NCBI GenBank assembly: GCA_964187785.1 | Contig: OZ076415.1 | Location: 37,758,001-37,822,000 of the forward strand | Reading direction: 5' to 3' | Origin: Amphiscolops sp. MND2022 | Lineage: Eukaryota | Length of the DNA stretch: 64,000 nucleotides | Shown: in pieces, positions 1 through 12,429 of the stretch | Position numbering within the stretch: the stretch's first letter is position 1 | Layout: the number at the start of each line of letters is the position of its first letter | The notes under the pieces: model-generated | Seen by the model: only the letters and a program-made list of their open reading frames with translations | What the model was told of the DNA's origin: nothing | Database searches by the model: none | Position numbers and translations under genes: made by a program

Positions 1-909
1 AGATCGAAATTCTATTTTCACGGTATGAGTGTACAAATACTAAAACAGTTCAGTAAAAATACTTCAGTAAAAATACTGAAGAAGTAAAAATACGTGCTCT
101 ATATATTTGTAAACTTTTGAATCATTAAGAAATTTTCAGAAATCTCGAAAAAACTCCATATGTGAACATTTCCGAAATCTTCGAATTCAATTGAAATGCT
201 GGTTAATTAGTATTAACACTAGTTGAAAGCGCTACTTGAAATTCATGCGTCACTGATTCTTCCGGTTTTTTTTTATGATTTTTATACATTTTGGCGTGTT
301 TTCAGAGCAACGCTGAAGAAGTTTGAGAAAACATCCCGTGAAAGTTTACATATTTTGGTGGGCAAAGCCTCAGTTTTTGTAAGTGCAAACAATCTTCGTG
401 ACGCAAACAATCTTCGTCTGCCAGTGAGACAAAAAATTAGTGAATTTGGTTTTTTCGCCAATGAAACTTTATATGCACGCAAACTGATGAAAAATTCGAT
501 ATTTATAACTCTGTGCTACTTTCCTGTTTGTAGGCTCTTGAATTTTGAAAAAAAACTAAACTTTGGTATTCTAATTTGTTTCAATATGAACCGTAGACTA
601 AGAGGAGATCTAAGATACTTTTTACCCACGGATTTTTGTTTTTGTGAAATTTTTGAAATTCGGATTTGAACTTTGCTGTTTTGAGCAATTGTGTTGTGAT
701 ATTTCGGAACGCTCCTGTGGAAATTTTGTAAACAATTACCTTTTTCTGAAGCAATTATTTACACTACTTAGGTGAAGTCACCTAAGTCAAAGAATCAACT
801 ACTAATTAATGAATAATTGAGTATTTAAACAATATTGAATATATTTTTCAAGTAAGTCCCTTAAAAGTCCCCTGGAAACGTTGGATTCAAGTTTGAAAAA
901 CTGCTTGCC

Positions 910-1103
910 TGTAAAAGAGTGATGAATTGAAGCAGTAAACATTTGCAAATAAGTACCAGTACAATTGTCTAAACTTAACATTTGCTACGCCTCATTGCGT
1001 TTAGCCTTAGTCAAAAAGACAGTACTTCAACATTCTAAATTTGTCATCAATTCACAATTATCCCCTTTACTGTTTTACTTCAATTCTAGAGTTCCACGTC
1101 ACA
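910..1103 (+). repeat. Gypsy 5' LTR
   Basis: TGTAAAAGAG...CCACGTCACA; about 90% identical to 5693-5888 by eye (~16 substitutions, 2 indels). Confidence 0.95.
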
Positions 1104-1900
1104 TGGCCCTGCGAGCTGAAAATTCTCCTTCAACATCTTCCTCATCATCACATCTCGTTGGACTGCCGGTGTTCTGGAGCGATGCGACCACGAACCCTAG
1201 GATGGATTGGGACAAGTGGTTCGATTTTTTCCAAGTAGCCTTGATGGCTAAATATTCCTTTTCGGTCTCCGAGCTGACACGAGAAACGACGCAGCAGAAT
1301 CACAGGGTTCGCCCGTTGCTGGGTGATCTCGACGAAGACCCTGCAAACAAGAAGGTTATCAGTATTCTGAACTTGTCACTGGGCGCAGCGGAGAGAAAAC
1401 AGTTTATGGACAAGTATCCGCACACCACCCTGTGTGACTTAAAAGCCCAAGAGTTCATTAATTTGTGTATCGAATGCTTTCGGAAAAAGAGAAAGAGAAC
1501 TCTGGATAGACAACGATATTTCTCATGACTTCAACAGCCCGGCGAAACTTTATTTCAATTCTGGCATGCTTTAAACGGACTTGCAGCAACGTGCGACTTC
1601 GGAAAAATGACCCCTACCCTAGATTCGGACATGTTTATATTACACAATAAGAAGTTGCAAAAAAAAAGTGTGCACAGAGCCTAAGGAGAAAGACCAGGCA
1701 CTGGAATTCGCCATCGCTTTTGAAAAAGGAGTGAAGCCAGGAAAAGCTCACGGCCACTAACCATCGTTGTAAACAATGTAAAATAGCGGGGAATGTAGAA
1801 AAGTGATGCAATAAGAAGTTTCTTCAGCGGCAGAAGGAAATCATGCAGCGACTGAATCGAGTTGCAAACCTTTCTACATGGAAGGGTAAAGTTGTGGCAA
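1103..1900 (+). pseudogene. gag: Gypsy gag remnant
   Basis: The frame opens at ATG 1103 (MALRAENSPST...LPVFWSDATTNPRMDWDKWFDFFQVALMAKY), directly after the LTR. It stops at 1528 and continues in broken frames up to the protease region. Assigned by position and general gag-like character; the 3' boundary is approximate. Confidence 0.65.
1104..1115 (+). other. Putative primer-binding site
   Basis: TGGCCCTGCGAG immediately 3' of the 5' LTR. It begins with TGG (complement of tRNA CCA) and is one mismatch from a tRNA-Ser-type PBS (TGGCGCTGCGA); the tRNA identity is inference. Confidence 0.55.
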
Positions 1901-1927
1901 TTATTTTAAGGCAATTGTTGATATTGG

Positions 1928-4900
1928 GTGACCTGTTTCCTTTTTTACAAAACGATATTTACAAAAAATCGTGGGCGAAAAAAAGTAGTGACCAAGGACA
2001 TGATAGAGGGAGACCGTTATGTTGACTATAACAAAAAACACCTGGAAGTACTTGGCTATCAATTTGTACAACTTGAGGTTGCAGGAGTAACAGTGTCAAA
2101 AGCCCGAGTTTTAGTAGCACGTAATTCAGGAAATTCAACCGTGGCCAGTTATTGGCAAGTTGCTCTCCTCTACAAAATTACGCAGCCAATAGAAAGAGGC
2201 GAGTGTGGAAAAAATAAACAAAATATAATTTATAAAGAATCGATCTGCGAGATTAGTCCCGAGGAAAAACAAAATCCTGAGATACAGCAATTACTGTGGG
2301 AATTTCCAAAATTGTTTAGACGGAAAGGTCGTGCGAAAAACTACGAAATTAAAAGTAAAATGAAAAATGATGCGAAAATTACTCAACAAAAGTGACGACC
2401 CTGAGTACAAATCCAGTTGCTAAATCAAGTAGATAAAGAAATTGACAAGTTGTTAAAGGAGGGGCAAATTGAGAAAGCTGACAAAGTTCAAGATGATGTT
2501 TCATTCAGTCAACGGTAATAACTGTCAAGAAGTATAAGTCGGTGAAAGTTACGTTGGATGCGAGAGCGCTAAATCAGTGTATAGCAATGGACAAATACCA
2601 AATACCTAATCTAGATTATTGACATGATCGCTGAGAAATTAGACGAAAAATAACGGGAGATGTGGTATTACTCGGTAGACATGACTTATGCGTACGGACA
2701 AATCCTTTTTTAAAGAATTAACAGAAAGACATTGCATTTTTCAAATTGTCGGGGGAAAATCCACAGGCACCTATCAATTTACAACGAGATTTTTTTGCTC
2801 TAAAGTAATGCCAACGGAACTTCAGAAATTGTTGGACATCACTTTGGCGATTGTAAATAGAGTATTTGTGTATATAGATGATATATTAATTGTAACTAAA
2901 GGAACCAAGCACGAACATTTGAACAAAGTGAGAGAAGTAATGAAACTTCTGGATGAAACGAATTTACAGTTGAAGGCAGAAAAAGGTATGATCGCACAGG
3001 AAAGCATAGAATGGTTGGGGTATAAATTAAAGCGGACAGGCATATCCCAATAAATGCAAAAACTCAGGGAATAGGCGATTTGTTGAGACCAACCACCTTG
3101 AAACAATTACGCTCACTCCTCGAAGTGGTCAATCATTTAAACTAATTCATTCCGAAATTACCAAGTATAAGTTTTCCAACTAAAACAATTTTCAAAAAAA
3201 ACGGGGACTGAATATAGAACTCTGAACATGAAAATGCATTTGTGAAAATTAATGATGAAACAAAAAGGGTGGTAGAACGGCCACATTTAAAAAGAAACCA
3301 AGAAGTTCGAATTCTTTCTGATGCAAGCAAACATGGCCTAGGTGCAGTTTTACAACAAAGTCATATCCATGGTGAGTGGAAACGAATTTGTTTTGCATCC
3401 GTGTTTTTACCAATTTTTGATGCAAAATTTTCTATTATTGAGTTAAAAATTTCAGCAATAATAGAATATATGCGTGGGTGTACAGTTTAAAATAATTTCT
3501 GATCATAAAGCACGAATGTCGGTAATGGAACCAAAAAGAGGAAATCAAACGTTTTCTGACAGGTTAACGAGATGGGTAGATAGATTACTCCTATTTGATT
3601 TCGAAGTCGTACATGTAGCGGGAAGAACGCTGGGAATGGCAGGCAGATTATCTGTAAAGACACCCCACAAAACTACAAGGATCAACAATCAAAGCAGAAA
3701 TCCTGTGGAAATAATGGTTCCAGGGAAATAGCGTAATTAGCCTGAATGATGTATTAGACAACAACGAAGGAAGCAGCAAAAAAAGCAGGCCGGCGGAAAG
3801 TGCGAATGAAGCTATCGCTGTCAACCGCATAAATCAAGCAAACCGACGACAGCCAATCAAAATGCAGGACGAACGTAATTCGCGGGAAACAAGTAAGAGT
3901 CCATGTAGTAATACTGCGCATGTTCGCAAGATGAGCCAAATTCCTTCAAAAAAACTACAGAACAAAAAGCTTTCGCCGGCTAATTACAACGTCGATAAGA
4001 TAAATCAACAAGTTATTCGCTTACTAAAAAATTACAACAAAACCGGAGTTACCCGTCTGCCGTCCCCGTGTTGAGAAAAATTTCAAGCCTTTTTGCTTGA
4101 AGATAGTTAATTCTTATATATGGATAACCAACTGGTCATACCGCAATCAATAAGGCCAGTGATAATGTGCTCACTTCATTATGGGCATCCGGGCCGACAC
4201 GCAATGCTCGCATTGATTGAGGACATCTGGTGGCCCCGCATTCACCGCGAGGTGATCGACCAGGCACATTTGTGCGAAGAGTGCCTTGAATTAGGTAGGA
4301 ACTTAAAATACCTGCTGAAACAAAAAATAATTAGGGAAAACACCGGAAGCGAAAGAACAGAACGAAGAGATGGCCCTAGATTTTGCAGGACCGTTTCAAA
4401 ATGCAAAAAAGGGGAAAACGTATTCATTAGTATCCGTAGACCATTTTTCGGGATGGTCGGATGCGAAAGTGTTACACCGCCCAACAACGAAAGAAGATAT
4501 CGAATTTTCAAAACAGTACATCGCACAGTACGAAGTACCGAAGAAAAAACGCAGGGATCCAGACACAGTATTTATAAATGAAGCATTTATCCAGTTTTTT
4601 GAACAACTTGGAATAAAACAAATAACCTATCCCGTTAGAGACCATAGGGTTAATGGAAAAATTGAGCAGCTGATTAGAACAATTAATGAGCAACTTCGAT
4701 TGAATAAGCAATTTATCCTGAGTAAGGATAAGTCCGGATTGTCTGCCATTTTGTACTCGCTGAGAATAAGTAAGAAAAGGGACGGGAAACTGCCGTTTGA
4801 AAGGCATATGGGGAAGGGGTCAAACACGGCAAAATCCAACTTAGTGGGAAAATTTCGGGATTTTTCAGCGCAAGATTCACACGTGGAATGTCAGCCCTCA

Positions 4901-5580
4901 GACTTCCAAGACGAGACTGACTCGGCAATACTGGTCCGTGAGAGAACCAAGGATTCAAAACTGGAAACAGCCTTCGCCAGAAAAACTAGGAAAGTGTTAC
5001 AGAAGACAGAGCACATAATCGCATTGATACAGGAAAAAGCGAAGCGGGCGAAAGTGTTCTCAAAAAGAGATTGCATGTGCTTCGAGAGAGCAAAAGGAGA
5101 CGTTTAAGAAAATGGGAAGAAGAGCCAGAATAGACGAGACTGCAGCTCGAGAGAAACAGAGCAACCACTTGCCGAGAAGAGAAGGGCGAAAAAGTGGAGA
5201 AAAGCAAAACCCCAGAATTGGCCTTCGAACTAGATGAAGAAGCGCACCCCTCCATAATTGACAATCTCGTCAAACACTACAGAAACGGAAACTGTACCTC
5301 AAGAAATTGCAGGACAGGGCGAGGATAACAAAGAAAAAGAAATCACGTGCAAAAACTGAAGAAAGTCCCCAAAAGCGAACAGCTACCCTGAGAATTCAAC
5401 TATCCCCGTCAAAGCTACATCATTGTGGTAAATAGAAAGAAGAGGACCTACCAGAGCGTCCGAAAGGAAACATGTTCCCCCAAAAAGATACGGAATTGAC
5501 CTGATCGCGAAAGATCTGCAAAGCCAGCAGGAGACTTTCAACGGGGGAAAACCTAATGGGAAAAACTGCTAAAGCCCAAA
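1928..5580 (+). pseudogene. pol: Gypsy pol remnant (PR-RT-RNase H-integrase)
   Basis: RT YIDD at 2871-2882. RNase H LSDASKHGLGAVLQQ at ~3314. Integrase Zn-finger HYGHPG...IWWPRI...CEEC in ORF 4120-4581. Core ALDFAGPF...VSVDHFSGW in ORF 4370-5107. C-terminal RASERKHVPPKRYG near 5455-5495. Split across frames. Confidence 0.92.
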
Positions 5581-5681
5581 ACATTCAAAACATTTTTAGT
5601 TGTGTGTGCTAGCTACTAACTAATAAGCTGATTTTAAATTGAGTTTGTATTATCAAGTGATAATTACTGTGCGTTATGCCC

Positions 5682-5692
5682 AAAAGGGGTAA
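5682..5692 (+). other. Polypurine tract of Gypsy element
   Basis: AAAAGGGGTAA abutting the TG start of the 3' LTR. Confidence 0.75.
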
Positions 5693-5888
5693 TGTAGTAG
5701 AGTGATGAAATGAAGCAGTGAACATTTGTAAATAAGTACCAGTACCAATTGCCTGAACTTAACATTTGCTACGCCTCATTGCGTTTAGCCTTAGTCAAAA
5801 AAACAGTACTTCAACATTCTAAGTTTATCATCACTTCACAATTATACCCTCTACTGTTTTACTTCAATTCGAGTGTTCCACGTCAACA
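5693..5888 (+). repeat. Gypsy 3' LTR
   Basis: TGTAGTAGAG...CCACGTCAACA, followed by the TSD TTGCC. Confidence 0.95.
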
Positions 5889-7831
5889 TTGCCTCAATCC
5901 TTATCGTTTTCAGTGATTTTCCGAAGAAAGTTACATTTTGTACTAGTACATTACAAGCTACTCTGAAAAAATACTTGAATTTGAAGATGACTATAAGCAT
6001 CAGTCATGATTTTGTTTGTTCAAAAAGGAAATTTCCTTCAAGTGATTTTTAATCCAACCTGCTGAAAAAAAGATTCCACAGTAACTTGACATAAAAATCT
6101 CTGCTGAGAATAATTCAACTTGTAGAGCTTTGTGAACTTTCGTTCGACCTTCAGCCAGAGTTTTATATTCGGAATAACACCACCTTTTGCAATGACGTCA
6201 TCTGACGAAATCGCTGTGACATCAACAATGTTCTCTGCATGTTCTGTCTGCAGGCTCTCCCCATTACATCACGGCCTGTTGTTTTACAACGTACCATGTC
6301 GTAATTCGGTGACGCCAACTGTTGAATTAATCGTTAACATTGCCAAATACCAGACGCCATATCATTCGATAGAAAAGTCTATTGCCGTTATTTAAAGAAT
6401 CTTTTTCAGAATAAAATTGAAGAAAATGTGAAGCAAAAGCCAAGACTGGATTAATTGGATTCAGATTCATACATTTATCAATGTATGTTAACTAATTGAA
6501 AATTACTTAGCATGTTTAAGCTCAAGTTTGGGAAAATTGTCATTGAAACTGTCTATTCGCAAGATGGCTTTCTGTCTCGTATGCTAATAAATAGCTTTTT
6601 CAAGATGTTTTATGGATAAACTTTTCCACCGACAGGAACACTAATGCAAGCATTTACTTGCAAGTCTTAGTTTGAAGATTTCTCCCATTAGTACAATTAG
6701 TTTCTTGGCTGCTTTTTAAAAACTTGACGTAAACGCATTGACGTCCAATGTGTTTCCTTCCATCTATACTATAGTTGGCAAATACATATTTGATCTTGGA
6801 TAGAAAAACAATTTCCTGAAAACAGTCAGCAAAAAAACACCAAAAAAAATTAGATCGAAGTATCAAACTTTAATGAGGAATATTTTTCCTAAGCTCTACA
6901 CTTTCGCAAAAAATTTTATTTAGCAAAACAATTCCTCAAATTAGAACATATAATTAAAACTGAGGACTCAGGTAGGGCTTTTCCAAGACATTTTGATTAC
7001 AGAAATTGTTACATCAGTTGACAAACACAGTGAAACAGAACAAATGTGCAAAAAAATAGAATAACCAATATGAGAAGCCATATGCCATTATAAAGTTTTA
7101 AACCAAGGAAAGTTAACGGAAGCTTTTTTGAAAAGTACGTTGTAACACTGTGCTTTTTTCTTTCGAGTGAGATTTGCGCCGCTTTCTTAAAAAAAAACTG
7201 TTAGTGGCCCAAGACTCCGCTTTGATAGAACACGCGTTTTTCAGAATTTTCAATTCTAATTTTTGAACAGTTAGATTTATGTTTCCGATACGTTTTTCTC
7301 GAAACCATTGCTAGTATTAACCGATAATTAGTGCGAAGAGTAGACTCTATATGTATTGAAAAATCTATGATTTCCATCAGAAAAGCCAAAGTGCGATAAA
7401 CATTTATCGAACGTAACTCCTGTCGGCAAAATTTCGCCTCTGATTAATTCAAGAACGAAATTTCTGGTAATCGGAACAAAGAAACCCTAGCTATGATCAT
7501 CGAAAATTTTGATAGCCTTGAAAAATATTGAAACAATCGTCCAATTTTGCATAATCATGACTGTCGCAAGGGTCACTAGTCTTTTTCATGGTATTTCAGC
7601 AAGCGATCCAGCTTTGAAACACTCGGTGTACAAAAACGTTCACAAAAAACAACTTTCATTCAAATTTAACCTTGCTGAGCAATTTCCGAACATTTTCCGA
7701 GCTTTTTGGTGTGTATGAATAATCAGAGCAATCGAAGACACAATCATCGCCCTTAAGGATTTTTTCAAAATGGGAAAGGTGGAGTTGATTCAATGACCCA
7801 AAATGTCCCATTAAGAGCCAAAAGATCTCCA

Positions 7832-8706
7832 TTTTTAGTCGGCGTTTTTATTAATAAAAGAGCCCGACTATTACAGGCACTTGTTTTTTTTTTAAGACAG
7901 ACTCGAAGCGTTGAACGTTAAAATTAACGTTCAACTACTAATTACAGTACTAAACTACTGGACCGGCAAACGGGGAGCGCACTTAGGATAGTGCAAAGGG
8001 TCCCCTCTTTCAGTTACTCCATTTTTATCGTAAGATACAAAACAGCACGAGACTATAGGGTCCCCCCTTTGAGTTTTTTTCGGGACTGTGCGACTTTTTT
8101 TCGAAATTTTTTTGTCTCCAAAGGGTCCCCCTTCAAGTTTTTTGATATTTTACAGCAAATTGAAGTTTCAAAAAGCACAAAGGGTCTCCCCTTTCAAGTT
8201 TTTCGGCACTATGAAACTGGCTCAAAATTCTTATTTTTCGATTTTTCGTTTTTTCTCGAATATTTTTTTAATGTCTCGAAAGGGTCCCCCTTCAACTTTT
8301 AAAATATTTTGTAACATAATAGATATTAAACAATCCCAAAGGGTCCCCTATTTTAGATTTTCGGCACTATGAGACTGTTCAAAATGGTCATTTTTCGTCT
8401 GAAGTTAGGTTTTTTCAGTATAATACCAAAACTATCCAAAACTTGGACGTAATATCCTGAGTAAAGCGCTATATCCGAATTTTTGACGTTGTATCCGAAT
8501 TAAATTTCGTTTTACCAAGGAGGAGGCGGAGGTTCAAAAAACGCTCCCATTTGGGGCAGCACGCTATATCCGAAGTTTGAGACGTTACACCCCGCAACAA
8601 GTTGGATTTTCAAAAAACCCAAAGGGTCCCCCCTTTTACAATTCCAAAAAGTTTGAGCTTTTTGAGCCTTAGATATGGCGCCGACTTTACACGTTCCTGT
8701 CTTGTT
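7832..8706 (+). mobile_element. Non-autonomous repeat family A, copy 1 (Helentron/HINE-like architecture)
   Basis: A T-run is followed by AGTCGGCG (7837-7844), whose inverted partner CGCCGACT lies at 8679-8686. The interior is an array of ~60-bp units anchored on AAGGGTCCCC, and the element ends GTCTTGTT. Homologous inverted copies lie at 20983-21480 and ~47803-48300. The superfamily call is inference from architecture. Confidence 0.8.
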
Positions 8707-9599
8707 GAACATTTCATGCTGTTTCGGATAATCTTCGAATGTATTGGTGGCAATGATTTACCATGAAGTCCAATTACCAAAAGTTTGGCTACTAAACACA
8801 CTTTAAGGAATGAAACAATCATTGAGTGTTTTCAAAGAAAGGCGTGAAATGAATTGAAACGTATAGAAAATATCACGCTGGGCATTTTTGTTTCTATCCT
8901 GAATTACCATAAATCTCAATCAATCAGAGGTTTTCATTGGGAAAATTCAATTATTGGAAAAAATATTTTCATGTTGTGATTATTTTCAATCAGAGCGTCT
9001 TTCAAACATTCTGTTGCTCGACAACCCAAGTTAAACACGTTGGGAAGTTTTACATAATGTTTTCATGCATGCAATGGGATTTTTTTCAAAACATGGACAT
9101 TTTCGACAGTTTTTTTGGAAAAACTTCGTAGGACTATGATGCAGCTTCTATGATTTCAATGAAACTGAAAATATTTTCAATTCTTCACTCCCTGGAGTAC
9201 TTTGTGGTCGCACCTCAGTATTTCAATAACCAAGGTATGCATTGCCCTTAGTGGAATTGCACGCTGATTACTTCGCTACTTTGATATCTATAAAGTGTAA
9301 AGTGACTAAAGTTCATTGACTAAGTGGTTGTAAAATTGATAAGGTCTCAGCTGCATTCCCAAATAAAACTTTTGCACGATAAACTTGTGTGGCGTTGATT
9401 TTCCGCCAAATTTAGGATGCATCTTTCAAGCAGCTTGATAAAATTCAAGTAAAACAGTTAAAGTTTGGTGCATGTGAATTTCTGTGAGAGTTAATTAAGA
9501 TCACGATAAATATGCTTGGCAACATACAAAAATTTGTGAATAGTTTGAGCAGTTTCAACCAAGGAAACTAAAGGCATTGATGTAATGAAAAATAAAAAA

Positions 9600-10200
9600 A
9601 GAATGAATTTTCTAACGATTGTATTGTAAGATGGCTGAAAGATAGTTTTTGAGAATTCAGAGCTATCAAGTAAACGAGTAAAACTTTTTGATAATGGATG
9701 TTTGAATGGAATATCATTTGATGCGGTAAAGTAATTTGTAATTGGGAATGCCACATGATAATTTTACAATACTCCGTACTCCCCGTTTGCAACAAATATG
9801 GAGAAGGATCAATGAAAGATAAAAATCAAAAATCAATAAAAGTCAATGAACAACGAAGTGTAAATACACTGCTTAACTGGGTGAAAGCGCTGAACTATGC
9901 ACCTTGCTTGGAAAATGATACAATCTCGTTCCCTAGACAAAAATGAGCCAAAAAAGAGGTGATTTTTTAACATGGAAGTTCATAATCAAGGCCGACCGAC
10001 TTTGGGAGCGGTGAAATGTAAAGGAAAGTATCTTTGTCTTTTTTGATTAATTTCCACGCTCCGTGTGCTCTGATTGCAATACAAAAAGCGAATAAATCGC
10101 AATCAAAATCTAAGCCCTTATCTTGCTTCTGTGAACCTTGAGCACCCTTACCAGTTCCACTTTCTGCTTTCTGATTCCCCAAGTTCCTTTTCCTTATATT
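9600..10200 (+). pseudogene. Possible degenerate Ulp1/C48-like protease remnant
   Basis: Broken frames give LFDNGCLN...LLNWVKALNY...ENDTISFP...(H)WKFII...SIFVF(F)D, in the order of Ulp1 motifs. Several corrections are needed and the catalytic Cys motif is not recovered. Confidence 0.25.
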
Positions 10201-12133
10201 TTCACCCATTTCGACAAAAAGTCTTCAACCCCCAACCCCCCCCACCACTCCCTCAAAAAATAACAGTCCTCGCCTTCTTTTCTGCATAACATTTACTTAC
10301 CCCGCTTCACTTTATTCACTCGCTTATCTTTGCCCTTACCCGCTTATGTTTGCTTTCTCTGTAACTCAAGATAAATGTAAATTAGTAGGTGGAAAGTCAG
10401 AAACACAACAATATTCTTCTCATGACGTGAAGTAAAAAAAAGTAGACGAAAATGCGGGATGCATTTGAATAAAAAATTTGATCACCATACACTTGACATA
10501 ATCAAGATAACAGGAGACAAAGGACACACCGATTCAAAAAGGTCATCATTTCAGAAAAATTGTGATGACAGAAAATGACAAAGACGTTAAACATTCATGG
10601 GACATCTAATCAGTTCTCTTTCACAAAAAACAAAGGTTTTTCAGATTTTATCGATACTTTGTATGCGGATATTCTTATCGAAAAGTTGAAAACGGTCATA
10701 TTCTTCTGAAGTATACTCCCAGTGGCGGCAAAAATAACAAGAAATAAACTCTGGAATGAAGCAAATACCTAAAAACAAAGAACCAATTTTTATTGTTTTT
10801 TACGTATAGTATTTTAACAATGATGCATGTTTTGCTTTTAACCATTGCCATTTTTTGGTGAAAAAGACGCCAATTTTTTTCTATATCTGTTTCCTGGATG
10901 TCAGTTTTTTATTATCCCGGAAAATTTCAACGAGCTGCTGTTTGTCGGAAGAAGACTATACATTATATAATGTATCCGGTGTTTGAAGGAAGATGTTACC
11001 TCCATCCTGTTTTGGCCTTCAAAATCCAGGTAGCCGCTGCGACACATGTAACCTCGTGTTTTTTGAGCAAACGGATTTGAATGCAAATCATGTTTTCATG
11101 TTAATGAGAGAATTTCGATATAGTAATCTTGACATAATAGAGCTTGTCATAATCTTACAAATATCAGTTAACTTGACCAAGTTCATTTCACATTAATCGT
11201 TATATCTCAATTTGGAAGAGGTCTCCGAATAATTATCTTGTCAATCTAAACAATGAAGAATGCCCAAAAGTTTCAATTTCTCAGAGTTTATAAGATCTCA
11301 AAATAATTCCCATTCGTTCTCTTATGTTTTGATTCGCGGGCAATTTTACACTTAGATTTTACATCTAAGGGATGAATAGACTTTGAAGTAAAATGGTACG
11401 AAATCAACAAAAAAAGAAAATTATGTTTACAGGCGCATTTAAGTTCCGGTAAGGGATAAGCTTTTAGAACTATTTTAGAATTTTTCCTTCACTTTTTCTT
11501 TATTTCCTTTGCTTCCTGCAAAAACTCCTTTTCTTCCCAATCAATACGTTTCGATCTTATTTCGAACAACTTTGAAGTTTACTTTCCCGAGCAAAAGCAA
11601 TTTCGCTGCATGTGAAAGCGCCCTCTATTTCGGAAATTCTTCACGCTTACTCAAACATGCAACTTCCGACGTGATCAATTGTACCTACATGAAACAACCT
11701 AGCCATCTTCTAATTTCCGGCACGGCAAGGAGTGAGGCCAATCAATCGATTCATTTCGCAGACAGGAACACCAGGTGAACTCTGTCAAAACCTTGCATAC
11801 TGCAAATTTTTTGTAGACTTCGATTTTTCTGTCAATCTAACGCAAGTGACTGGAAATTTTGAGGCAAAAAAGGGAAAAAGTGTTTGAAAAACATACACTC
11901 AGATCAGAAATCGATCAAATTTTGAACCAAAATTGGTATCGGTTTTAGTTTGGTCATTGCATCTAAATGAGTTCACATAGAACAACTTTGGGATCAATTG
12001 TTTTGTCTATAGGTATAATCATTAAACTTATCTTCACATCAGGCCATCTGAACGATTACACAAACAAAAAACTTGAAAACATCATTCACAAGAAATCGAA
12101 AGAAAAACCGCTGTGGTGTTTGGTTAATATCTA

Positions 12134-12170
12134 AACAAGACGCCCGCTGAGGAGCGGGATATTTTCCGCC
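12134..12170 (-). repeat. Repeat terminus with GC hairpin (shared with 37072-37110)
   Basis: AACAAGACG-CCCGCT-GAGG-AGCGGG-ATATTTTCC contains a 6-bp stem. A near-identical motif lies at 37072, and it has the same AACAAGACG end as family A. Confidence 0.55.
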
Positions 12171-12350
12171 CCGAACTGTTCTACAACTACATAAATTTGA
12201 GGCTCAAGAATAACTAATGCACTATAAAAACGCTGAGAAGTTCGAAGAAAAGAAAGCTTCGATTCATCTTGTCCATTTTTCTAATTCGCGGTGTCTCAAA
12301 AAATGGCAAAAATTGCATAAAAATGTTTAAAAATGAGAAATTTGGGAATT

Positions 12351-12429
12351 TTTGTCATTTTCGGGGTCATTTTGTCATTAAGGGGTCATTTTGTCATTAA
12401 GGGGTCATTTTCGTCATTTTCGTCATTTT
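12351..12429. repeat. Short tandem array (GGGGTCATTTTGTCATTAA unit with GTCATTTT subunits)
   Basis: Directly visible: two 19-bp units plus partial and degenerate units. Confidence 0.85.

Larger units (their letters stand above)
910..5888 (+). mobile_element. Full-length, degenerate Ty3/Gypsy LTR retrotransposon
   Basis: Two ~195-bp TG...CA direct repeats (910-1103, 5693-5888) are flanked by a perfect 5-bp TSD, TTGCC (905-909, 5889-5893). A PBS-like TGG follows the 5' LTR and a PPT precedes the 3' LTR. The internal order gag-PR-RT-RNaseH-IN is the Gypsy order. Many stops and frameshifts. Confidence 0.95.

Noticed and set aside
223-669. 148-aa ORF ending ...RRLRGDLRYFL, faintly like a hAT C-terminus
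   Set aside because: Phe/Lys-rich composition typical of AT-rich non-coding DNA; only a 5-residue resemblance and no other motif.
4713-5273. Minus-strand ORFs over the Gypsy integrase (and similar antisense ORFs over both BEL elements and Tc1)
   Set aside because: Shadow frames of the real plus-strand coding sequence, with no independent motifs.
5100-5690. Possible env or extra ORF at the 3' end of the Gypsy element
   Set aside because: It reads as a charged integrase C-terminal extension ending in an RxSxRxxxPPxRY-type motif; no signal peptide or TM segment.
7990-8640. Regularly spaced ~60-bp repeats considered as a CRISPR array
   Set aside because: The spacers are mutually similar, the repeats are degenerate, there are no cas genes, and the context is eukaryotic TE sequence.
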